Below, one piece after another: positions 1-9,780 of a stretch of DNA of 64,000 nt. The translations under genes and the position numbers were made by a program. This DNA is from Corallochytrium limacisporum Hawaii (lineage: Eukaryota; Protista; Pluriformea). Every line of letters starts with the position of its first letter. Within the stretch, counting starts at the first letter, position 1. The notes beneath the pieces are model-generated. The model saw nothing but the letters and a program-made list of their open reading frames with translations. It did not search any database and was not told where the DNA came from. The stretch lies in NCBI GenBank assembly GCA_002811645.1, contig PDIP01000029.1:1-64000 (forward strand), written 5' to 3'.

Positions 1-23
1 AACCCTAACCTGCCCTTTCTAAC
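1..23. repeat. Possible telomere remnant (CCCTAA/TTAGGG type) at the contig start
   Basis: Sequence starts AACCCTAACC, followed by the degenerate TGCCCTTTCTAAC. Only ~1.5 perfect units, so weak evidence on its own. Confidence 0.4.
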
Positions 24-30
24 TTATATA

Positions 31-268
31 GGAGACAGACTATGGGAACCAACACAAACGGCCAGGTTGGGTAAATTTGAAATCCTTCATCAAACCGATA
101 TGATTGCCTTGGAAATTTGAAATCCTTCATTAAAACGATATGATTGCCTTGGACCCTCATATTGGTGCCATTTGTAACTTACAGTGGAGACAGACGGTGA
201 GTACCCACACAAATAGACAGGTTGGGGAAGTTTCAAATCCTTTACTAAAACGCAGTGATAGCTTTGCA
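31..268. repeat. Degenerate ~155-bp-period direct repeat containing an internal 40-bp tandem duplication
   Basis: 73-112 and 113-152 are near-identical (AAATTTGAAATCCTTCATYAAAMCGATATGATTGCCTTGG). GGAGACAGAC...ACACAAA...CAGGTTGGG...AAATCCTT recurs at 31 and 186. Confidence 0.8.
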
Positions 269-873
269 CCCATCACTATCCATCAACTGTTGTCCACAGT
301 GCCATTTATCGGCATTTCCCACTCGCGCTCTTGAAAGACGCGGCCCATTTTTGGAGTCACTCCGTGGGGCTTATGTATTGTCATTTCAGCGAGCAGCCGG
401 GTTCTGCACCCGGTCTTGCCAGCCTAGAGGTAATCGATAAGTTTTAATGAGTGAGTCAAACACTCTATCAATGATAGAAAGAAAATCACTAGAAAACCGA
501 GGGAGACGGCAAGGTAAGAAATGAAAAAAGCCCCCTGAAAGGTCCTTTTTGACTTACCACTATTTGACTTTTTCTGTGGTACGGGTCTCGCATCGTCTTC
601 CCCGGGGGTTGGGGGGGGCTGCGATTGCGCAGTGGACGGGGAATAGGTCTACATTCGTGCGTATCGTCAACCACCATGTGTAATTAATTGGCTTACATCT
701 ATGTTGGAGGAGGACACACATGTCGTTATGGGCCCTTGTTTACTTTTTGTAGAGGCATGAATATTGCACCGGGTACTTAAATGGCCGGTCGTGCAATACA
801 ACCATCTCCTTGAAAGCAATAGAATATCGAAAAAATTCGCACAATCCAGAGACCGTAAGCCGACATTGAAGCA

Positions 874-1509
874 ATGTTCAAGAGCAAGCAAGAAAAACTT
901 CGCCATGCCGTTCAAGCCGGTGATATACAGCTGGTGAAGAAATGGGTCAAGAAAGGGGCAGATGTGGAGTTTAAGGAAGCCAATGGTTGGACCGTACTGC
1001 ACCATGCTGCATCCGACAGTACTCCAAGTCTTGAAGTTATGATGTTCCTGTTGGCCCAGGCAAGCAGCCCAGACTACGTTGAATGGAGGGATAACGCAGG
1101 ACTCACTTCGCTTCACCATGCTGCCAAAAATTTGTCCAACGCTAGTCTTGGTGTGGTGAAATTGCTGGTGAAGAACGCGCCAAGTCCCGACTATGTGGAA
1201 TGGAGAACTTTTTGCGGAAAGACTGCCCTACATTATGCTACTGGCAAGATTGCCAGCCTGGATGTCGTGAAGTTTCTGGTGAGCGAGGCAGAAAGTCCTG
1301 ATTACATTGAATGGAAAGACAATGAAGGAAAGACAGCCCTGCACTATGCTGCTAACCAACTGTACAGCCTGGAATTGGTAAAGTATCTAGTGGATCGCCG
1401 CAGCAGTGCGGACTATGTTGATCTCATCGACAAGGACGGCAAATCGGCGGTGGATTTTGCCTTTGCTGAACCTGTTGCATCCTACTTGCGAGCACAACCA
1501 ACCCACTAA
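874..1509 (+). CDS. Ankyrin-repeat protein (211 aa)
   Basis: Repeated GxTxLHxA motifs (GWTVLHHAA, GLTSLHHAA, GKTALHYAT, GKTALHYAA) with 'VKxLV' helices. Clean ATG-to-TAA ORF. Confidence 0.93.
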   Translation: MFKSKQEKLRHAVQAGDIQLVKKWVKKGADVEFKEANGWTVLHHAASDSTPSLEVMMFLLAQASSPDYVEWRDNAGLTSLHHAAKNLSNASLGVVKLLVKNAPSPDYVEWRTFCGKTALHYATGKIASLDVVKFLVSEAESPDYIEWKDNEGKTALHYAANQLYSLELVKYLVDRRSSADYVDLIDKDGKSAVDFAFAEPVASYLRAQPTH

Positions 1510-2070
1510 ATGGGATGGCTCATTCTCACTGCACTTTCTGGAGGCATGAAAGCCCACAGAAGTATATGTAGAGGAATAGTAATACCAATTAAGAACTATG
1601 ATCTCTCGAATACAGATTTCGTTTGAATTGCTTGTGATTGGCGGTTTGTGTCGTTTAGACGAAGTCCTGTTGCCGTTTCAACCGCGCAGCGTAGCATTTT
1701 ATGTCGTCGATGGGTGCCAAAACCATAGAGATCGCGGTTCAATTGGTAACTAACGCAATACGCTCACTCCTGGTGGTTTTCCTTTTCATGAAGGCGTAGA
1801 CTGTCCAACAGTTTCCACCCTCTCCTGCTCGCTCTCTCTGGACGGTGCCGTAACGAGGGGGCTTTTCTTTCACGGTCCGGCCAATAGATAGTGAATTTAT
1901 CATTCTCTAGATCAGTAAATCATATTCATGGTATGGTTAAGGGATTCGCTATAGAGCACTCATTGTTCCCCCAGAGGAAATTCTGGTACTGTTTGTTCGA
2001 AAGGTCAATCACACTTCTTGATGAGGGTCTCCGCTTTATTCTGGTATATAGATAGATTCTTGTAATTCTC

Positions 2071-3210
2071 CTAAGGGGTTCCGGTATATCCGTTTTCAAC
2101 ACTAATCCATTTAATTATATTATTTGTTCTATAAGGGCCTCAGGTGCAAAGGATCCGAGTAAATTCACATAAAGAGTATTCTGAAATGAAAGGGGTCATG
2201 TATTACGCTTCACACTTTAATCCTTACAATGACATTAATCAGATAGATAGGGGTACAGGTGTAGCGCAACACACATTAATCCATATAATGTCATTCTCTG
2301 ACTGATAGGGTTCCAGGATGTTGTTACCTGCACCAATCCATATAAACAATATTTTGGAACGGATGGGGGATCAGGTTTTTAGTGGGACAAATATTAATCC
2401 ATATAAATACTACAATTATATGTATGGGTGTCCAGTTATTATTTTGCATACATTAATCCATGTAAGTATTATATTGAAAGCGATAGGGGAACAGGTATAT
2501 GTTTCCTACAGTAATCCATGTAACTACTATGGCTATATAGAGGGGGGATCAGTTAATGCGTTGCATACACTAATCCATGTAAGTACAGAATTGAAATCGA
2601 TAGGGGAACAGGTATATGTTTCCTACAGTAATCCATATAACTACTATGGCTATATAGATGGTGGATCAGTTATTATGCTGTATACAGTAATCCATGTAAG
2701 TACTGAATTGAAATGGATAGGGCAACAGGTATACTTTTTCTGTAGTAATCCATGTAAGTATTTCGTGAGATTGATAGGGTATCAGGTAATTGTGACCAAC
2801 ATTAATTCATATAATTGTAAATATCGTATTGATAGGGGATCAGGTATAATATTGTATATATTAATCCGTGTAATAACTATTTTGAAATTGATAGGGTAAC
2901 AGGTAGTATGTTTCCTACAGTAATCCATGTAAGTATTATGTTCAGTTGGATAGGGGATCAGGTGCGACGTCGCGAAGTTTAATCCATATAAGGGCTAGTC
3001 TCAGATACATAGGGGAACAGGTCAATTATTCAAAGTCTAATTCAAATAATTGATGCCATGACAGTAAGGGTAGCAGGGAGCTATGTCGTTGCTGCTTTAA
3101 AGTCGAATAATTAGTATTGCTGAGAGTGTAAGGGGATCAGTAATATGGACCTTTTTTCCTAGTTCACAAGACTGTGTTTTGGATTGGATGAGTAAGGAGA
3201 ACAGGTATGG
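2071..3210. repeat. AT-rich tandem array of about 19 units of 57-61 bp, each with two conserved boxes and two variable spacers
   Basis: Box A (TAATCCATRTAA or variant) starts at 2103, ~2160, 2218, 2277, 2334, 2395, 2454, 2512, 2571, 2629, 2688, 2746, 2803, 2862, 2921, 2980, 3038, 3098 and ~3160. Box B (GATAGGGKAWCAGGT-like) lies ~28 bp after each A. Further degenerate boxes at ~1917-1947 and ~3431-3480. Confidence 0.92.
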
Positions 3211-5512
3211 AGCTGGTTATCTACCTATCGAGTGTACGAGTGTTCGCGGGGAGCACAGATATATACGCTCTTGTTCGTCTAAAATCAGTGGGACGTGCTT
3301 TTCCTAGGGCAACAGTCTTATCACGGGGCCCTTGTAGTTCATACTAGGGAAGGATTAGGGAAGGTACAGGGGTACGGGTACACGCAAGAGAGTGGTTCCT
3401 TTCAATTTTAATGCATGATTGTGTGTTTGTTAATAGGGGGACAGGTTTCTTCTTTGTCGCGTACTGTTTAAATTCATACCAATGAGAACGATACTTTGCT
3501 GTGGGTGATCACCCTCCACACACACACAAATCCAATAGTTATTCGAAGACTAGGACATCAAGAGGCCTGCGAAAGCTGTGTGATTGTCATTACACAGTGA
3601 AAGCGCAAGAGTAGCGAAGCCAGTGCCTAAACATTAGCCTTCTTTCAATTTCCCAAGTCTTACGATGCCGAGGTGTCTGTACCAGTAGCTGTTAAGTGTC
3701 ATTGGATGAGGCCAAGTTCTACTCTCCTGCCGATAAAGACGAGGTAGTCTACGATCGCTTGGGGGGACGGCGGGGTGTTACCCGCATGAATTCATGACAC
3801 CTCAGTACGCTGGCTTAGTGGTTCTTCCTGCGGGAAGTAATGGGAAAGTTTTACAGTAAGCGATATTTCTCAATCCCCCAGATTAATTTAGCTGGAATAC
3901 ACCAAATATCTTTAGTGATAGAGTATGACGAGTGGTCGGTGGCAGGGTGGGATGTGGCAGGTCCTCCACCTCTACTCGCTCTATCGCCCTCCAATTTAGG
4001 GAAAAAAGGGGGTGCGACCATGTCCCGCCGGGAGTCGACCACGAAGAAAAGGTTCGGTTCGCTCGCAATTGCCGAATTGTGTGGCCGGGTGTGCGTTGGT
4101 GGGAGTGGGTGGGTGGGTGGGTTTGGGGAGGGGTTGGGTTGGGTTTGTTCCATGTATGGCATAACCTCTGGGCCGCTGAGCGCAATACCTAACGAATCGG
4201 TAGGCCGACCACCAGTCTGGAACTCTCGCACATGAGACTGCTGTGGCACATTAGCAACCCCTCTGGATCTGCTGGTAGAAGAAACACGAACCGGGCGGAG
4301 GTGGGGGTGTTCACGGCGGACTTGCCAGAATTGTTGTCTGACTACGAAGAGGAAGGGTGCGTAGGAGGAGGGGAAGGTGCCGTGGCACTTGGTGGGGCCT
4401 TTTCAATTTCTCCACCCTCCCACCGCAGCTGGTCGGATCTTTGCCTATTCCGCCCTGTGTGTGTCGAGCCCTCTCCATCCTGACAAAGTTGTGGTCCGCT
4501 TCTGGACACCAAACGCGTGTTGGCGGCCTAGATCTGCTTGAGCTCTTGTGCACCTGTGAGTCCCGTGCGCCCTATTCTTGGAGTGCACCGGGCTTTTGGA
4601 AAGCTTGGAGGATGCCGTGATCTACGACTTGCAATTCTTTGCCAAACGCCAGTGAACTGCCCTTCGGTGGCGGGAGGGGACCAAGGTTGGTTCTGAAGTC
4701 CTCCCTAAAGGGCGTATCATCACACAGCATCTTGTGCGTTGTGCGGAATGGTAGTCGGAAATGTAAGATTAAGCTGCACGACCCCAGTTCGGGAAAAGAA
4801 GATACACGTTGTGTGACGTAGTTCCGCCCACTCTGCACAGAAGGGGACGTTGTTCTATATCAGAGAAACTGTCATACGCAGAGTCTGAAGACCTATAGGC
4901 ATACTAGTACTTTTACCGACCTTTCCTAGAGAGCATGCTGCACTCGTGTCGTTCAAAGTGCGATGTGACCTCGGTCGGTGAACAGTGTAAACTGCTGGTG
5001 TCTGCATCTGAGTATGTGGCGTTTGGGTGTGCTAGTAGAAACGTAGGCAGGGGGGATGCAGCCGGGCTCATTCCCAGAGAGGGGACGAATACAATTCATC
5101 AAATATGCGTAGCCCCATCTGCAACACACCACACACATTAGGTGGTCCCAATTTTTTCTGAGGCTGCGCTGTGGCTGATGCAGCTGCGTGTTCTCTCCAA
5201 TAAACTGACCCGCTCATTATTTATTTTAATGGTAAGCGCGGGCCTGCGCATACCGTTAAAATTGACTCTACACCCCTGAGCAGAGGGAAGTGGGGAGGCG
5301 TAGTCAATAGTCAATTCACTCTGCGTTTTGTTCACTATAGGCAACGGTCTGAGACCATCCGACCGAAGCGCCCTGCACTTACTTGATTGATGGTCACAAA
5401 CGGGAGCGTGACAATAACACAACAGTGTATAAAACCAAGAGGGCCTTTTTCAGTCAAAATAAAAATGAAAATGTAATATGGAAAATGATTATGTTTGGGA
5501 AAATGGATAAAT

Positions 5513-7408
5513 TTAAGCCTGCTCTTCGAAAGCAATGGCCTCGGGCTTTTCGTCCTTCTTGTCAGCGATGTTGACATCAGCGGAAGAGACATCGTCCTCG
5601 GGAGAGCGGAGCAGATCAGGGAACACACCGAAGAGGATGGTGAATCCAATCACACCAACGATCTCTCCAATACCCAGGACGTGGTAGAAAGCAGGGTAGC
5701 CCCCATACCAGCCATCGCGGATGCGATCGCGGGCACCAAGAGCAACCAGGAAGGCCAGGACGAAGGGGCAGACGTACTTGATCCACAGGCCCCAGATGGC
5801 GGGCACACGGACATTGTCGACGGTGCCACCGACGGTGATGGTGTCGTTCATGAGTTCGCGGAGCTCAAAGACGTTCTTGGACATCAGGTTCCAGCCAGCA
5901 GTGGTGAAGCTGTCACCAGAGTGAGCAGACGCAGACTGGGCAGCCAAGAAGAAGAAGAAGCCAATCCAGGCGGCACCAAGAGGCAGGGTCCAGGCGAGAG
6001 TGATCTCAGCGGCACCATCGTCGTAGTGCTCCCAGCTGGCGAATCCGACAATGAAGGTAACAACGATCATACCCCAGTAGGAGAGCTCGTGCATGAGAAC
6101 AGCAAAGGAACCGGCATAGTTGACCATGTCATCGTGGCCATACATCCAGCCAGCAACAATGCACTGAAGGGTGCCCATGAGCAGCAAGCAGTAGGCGTTG
6201 GCATAGTAGTCAACAGTATCCAGCAGGTACAGACCAACGTCGGAAGCGTAGGGCAAAGACAGGAAGAAGCAGACCAGGATCACACCCAGGACAAGAACCT
6301 CTTGGCTGACACCACGGAAGTAGCGGGTGTCCTTGATGGAGGCAAGGACGGACTCGACCAGAGAGAAAGCAGAGTCAATACCCAGCATGAGCAGAGTGAT
6401 GTAGAAGAGGACGTTGAAGAAGTTAGGGGCAGGCATTTCAGCCAGGGCAGCGGGGTAAGTCACGAAGGCCAAAGAAGGACCAGACTCGGCGACCTCGTCC
6501 ACTTCAACACCGAGCGAGTTGGCCAGGAAACCAAGAATGGAGAAGACGGCAAAACCGGCGAAGAAGGAGAAGGCGGAGTTGGACATGGCAATGATGATAG
6601 TGTTGGACACGACATCAGCACCGGGGGGGTTGTAGGAACCATAGGCAATCATGGTACCCAGAGCAAGAGACAGAGAGAAGAAGATCTGACCAGTGGCCTC
6701 CTGCCACATGGCACCCTGCTGCAGTTCCTTCAAGTCCCACTCACCGATGTAGGCTTTGATACCATCCTCAGCACCCTCCAGAGTAGCACCACGAATGACC
6801 AAGACAGCCAGAGTGATGATGGGAACAGTCATGGTCACATAAACGACCTGACCGGTAGCCTTAACACCCTTCCACAGACACAGGTAGGTCATGACCCACA
6901 TGAAGACCAGGGCACCGAGCAGCTGAGACACAACAATCTCAGTGTCAGCAGGGTTGTCAGAGATCTTCAGGACCTGGCCGTAGTAGTAGTCGTTGGCAGC
7001 GGTGGTTCCTGTTTGACCCTCCTGGACAGCCCAGGGAAGAGGGTCACGGAAAGAGTCAATCAGGTAGACGCAGGACCAGGCCATGACAGCCTGGTAGTAG
7101 GATACAACGATGAGGGCAACCATAGAACCAGCGACACCGACACCGCGGGCACGGTCGTGCAGCTTACCGAGGGCACCAACGGGACCACGCTGGAAGATCT
7201 GACCAATGGAGAGCTCATAGAGCAGAAGAGGAATACCCAGGAAGAACAGGGCCAGCAGGTAAGGAATGAAGAAGGCACCACCACCCCAGGTGTAGGCGAG
7301 GTAAGGGAAGCGCCAGAAGTTACCCAGACCAACGGCAGAACCGATGGCAGCCAGGATGAACGAGACGCGGGAGCCCCATTGCTCACGCTCTTCGACTTGA
7401 CCGGACAT
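5513..7408 (-). CDS. Sodium:neurotransmitter/amino-acid symporter (SLC6/NSS family)
   Basis: REQWGSR...IGSAVGLGNFWRFPYLAY.WGGGAFFIPY, ATGQIFFSLS, GPSLAFVTYP and LGIDSAF motifs; about 12 hydrophobic segments; strong C/G third-position bias. Confidence 0.96.
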   Translation of the reverse strand: MSGQVEEREQWGSRVSFILAAIGSAVGLGNFWRFPYLAYTWGGGAFFIPYLLALFFLGIPLLLYELSIGQIFQRGPVGALGKLHDRARGVGVAGSMVALIVVSYYQAVMAWSCVYLIDSFRDPLPWAVQEGQTGTTAANDYYYGQVLKISDNPADTEIVVSQLLGALVFMWVMTYLCLWKGVKATGQVVYVTMTVPIITLAVLVIRGATLEGAEDGIKAYIGEWDLKELQQGAMWQEATGQIFFSLSLALGTMIAYGSYNPPGADVVSNTIIIAMSNSAFSFFAGFAVFSILGFLANSLGVEVDEVAESGPSLAFVTYPAALAEMPAPNFFNVLFYITLLMLGIDSAFSLVESVLASIKDTRYFRGVSQEVLVLGVILVCFFLSLPYASDVGLYLLDTVDYYANAYCLLLMGTLQCIVAGWMYGHDDMVNYAGSFAVLMHELSYWGMIVVTFIVGFASWEHYDDGAAEITLAWTLPLGAAWIGFFFFLAAQSASAHSGDSFTTAGWNLMSKNVFELRELMNDTITVGGTVDNVRVPAIWGLWIKYVCPFVLAFLVALGARDRIRDGWYGGYPAFYHVLGIGEIVGVIGFTILFGVFPDLLRSPEDDVSSADVNIADKKDEKPEAIAFEEQA

Positions 7409-7443
7409 AGTTGAAGAAAGTGTTGTAGATTTTGAATTCAGAG

Positions 7444-7526
7444 CTAACGAACAAGATAGCTTTGATGCGAGCAGTTGGTTACTTCGTTAAGTATGAGTTG
7501 CTATCAAACCAAACGAAGTAGCTTAC
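7444..7526 (-). other. Candidate 83-nt spliceosomal intron in the 5' UTR of the NSS gene
   Basis: Minus strand reads GTAAGC at 7526, TACTTAAC (branch-like) near 7493-7486, and TTGTTCGTTAG ending at 7444, 35 nt upstream of the ATG. Confidence 0.4.
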
Positions 7527-8040
7527 CGGATCTGATCAACCTTCACCATAAGGCCCAGAGATTGAACACTTAAATAGCCGAACGTGTCACCATCTCTTGC
7601 GGAGATGCCATCCCAATTTGGATGCCAGCTCGTGGGAATACGAAATTCTGTCAGTGCAGTCTATTTGAAGCAGGCTCCAGAACAACATCTTTAGCCGGCT
7701 GAGATATACATGCTCGTCACTAGCCCTTCGCGGAGTGCTTCGGGAATGCGTGCGGCGGGCAGATTCGAACACAACACTCTACCAAAACCAAATAAAGGCC
7801 GTCACTCTTAGAGCTGATGGACCCATCTTTACTTAACTCCCTCCCCTCCTTGCTCCATTTTTCATATCATTATAACAAACCTCAACTTAGAAATAAGCAT
7901 CAGAAATGGGCAAAGAGATTAGTAGAGAACAGTGGTGGGTCACCAACGGAGAGGATACAGAGGGAGTAGAGAATGAGAAAGGGAAGGACAGCACCAATCC
8001 CGCCCCCCTTCCCCCATTCCCTCCCCTGCCCTCCTTCCCC

Positions 8041-8263
8041 NNNNNNNNNNNNNNNNNNNNNNNNNNNNNNNNNNNNNNNNNNNNNNNNNNNNNNNNNNNN
8101 NNNNNNNNNNNNNNNNNNNNNNNNNNNNNNNNNNNNNNNNNNNNNNNNNNNNNNNNNNNNNNNNNNNNNNNNNNNNNNNNNNNNNNNNNNNNNNNNNNNN
8201 NNNNNNNNNNNNNNNNNNNNNNNNNNNNNNNNNNNNNNNNNNNNNNNNNNNNNNNNNNNNNNN
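8041..8263. other. Assembly gap (223 N) flanked by C-rich low-complexity sequence
   Basis: Run of N. Confidence 0.99.
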
Positions 8264-8424
8264 CCCCCCTCCCTCCCTCTCTGGGGGTTTCTGACTGGCT
8301 GACCACACTGGGTTTCGGCTGTTTTTGGATATTTTCTACGCACATTGTTCAACAGGCTTTCCCCTCTATCTCTCCGTGCATTCGTCACTACCCCTTCCCC
8401 CTCCCCCCTTCCCGCCCCTGGGTC

Positions 8425-9780
8425 CGGCATCCGATGCAATTGTGACTTATCTGTTGCCTCTCTGCTCTCGTCTGCAGGCGATGACGGAAATTTGACGCTG
8501 TTTGATGTCAACACATGCCTTTGTCTTGACTCGATTCTTGATGGTTTTGGACCATCTGGGAGATGCATGTGCACAGATTTTCAACCTGTTGGAACAAGAC
8601 GCAGCAGACGAAATCGAGGAGAAGGAAGACAGCGTCTCTCTGAGATGCACGGTTCACCTTTCACCCTTTCCCCCCTCGCAGTCTCTCGGTTCTCTCGTCG
8701 TCTGGGTCGTCTGGGGCTTCCCCCCCTCCGCTGGGGCGCCCTCCCACTCTTCGGAAATCTGCTGGCTCTTACCGCACTACATGGTCTATAATAGGCTTCC
8801 GGTGGAGATGAGAATACGACCAAAAAAAAAAAGCCGTAAGGAATGGACGGTGAGCAACCGGCCATAGCATCCGCCACACACAACATGACAGCAGCATGAA
8901 TAAACTATTCTGCCATTTTTGGTGTTCAGGTGACCCAACGGTGGTATTGCAGCCATAGATCCCCGCTATTGCACTTCGTTTAAGGTGTACTTGATGAAAA
9001 AGTAGAATACCCACTGGGAATAATACGAGGTGGCCTGGCCGTATCACCACCGATATGTGTATGTACTTGTATACAGAATTTTTGTCGAGCAGGACGGGGA
9101 GCGGTGAGACGGATACTTTAGGCAATGCTGAAGGACACAACCGGATCGATCGTACAAAGACTCCACCTTCACGGACATTGTCAGAAAAGTTCTGATTTGT
9201 GTGACCAGTTTCCAATATCTTTTGTACGAATTTTTGGTGGTAAATAGTTTTTGACTGTAGACCCACGAACTGTTGTGGTCTTGGATCGGTACCCCTTTTT
9301 TCCTACCCTCTGCACGATCTAGTCTCCTTTAGAGCGCTGGGGGGGGGGGGGGGGCAAATTATTGTAGTATATTTAATACAAGAATCTAAATTTTACTGGG
9401 ACGGATGCACGCTAGGTTTCCATATCCTTGTTGTGGTCAAGTCGCCAACGACGTCTAGTCGAACTCAGCAGCTTGATTGGCAAATACATTCAAGTTTCAT
9501 GTGATACAAGATGCGATACAACTGAATTCGTTAAGACATTGTACTGCTGGCCGCTTGTCGCTAGCGCACAACGGACAAAAACCATGCAACAATCAGTAGC
9601 CAGTTATAGCGAACCCAGTCGGACCTGCTGACAGATGGAGACGGTTTTGATGTTTTCATTGCACGGAGTGCCGAGAAGGGTAAAGCAAGCTCACCGTGGC
9701 CAAATTAATAACGTCCCTTGTTCACACTTTGGAAATTATCTATGCGACACATAGGAAGTACATCGTCTCCTTTAGGACTG
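8425..9780 (+). pseudogene. Decayed WD40-repeat gene
   Basis: WD40-like fragments in different frames: LLSSAGDDGNLTLFDV (8462-8509), GGIAAIDPR (8940-8966), ...QRLH/TDIVRKV (~9150-9195) and KQAHRGQINNVPCSHFGNYL...HRLL*D (~9683-9778). Separated by stops, frameshifts and simple-sequence inserts. Confidence 0.5.

Noticed and set aside
2454-2760. Micro-intron reading of the array (CAG|GTATATGTTTCCTACAG|TAATCCAT|GTAAGT...GATAG|)
   Set aside because: GT/AG ends are present in only some units, the 'exons' would be ~8 nt, there are no branch points, and the real introns here are >100 nt.
2318-2899. 193-aa ORF inside the 58-bp array
   Set aside because: Box A is read in two different frames in alternate units (NPY vs LIHV). 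The frame stays open because the 117-bp dimer is a multiple of 3, and the boxes continue beyond the ORF, so conservation is at DNA level.
2071-3210. CRISPR array
   Set aside because: Eukaryotic context, no cas genes, repeats short and degenerate, spacers only ~16 nt and partly homologous to one another.
5495-7414. 639-aa antisense ORF over the NSS gene
   Set aside because: Shadow ORF in codon register with a strongly biased gene, which depletes antisense stop codons; no protein motifs.
7887-8574. ORFs spanning the N gap
   Set aside because: Artefacts of translating Ns and the low-complexity flanks.
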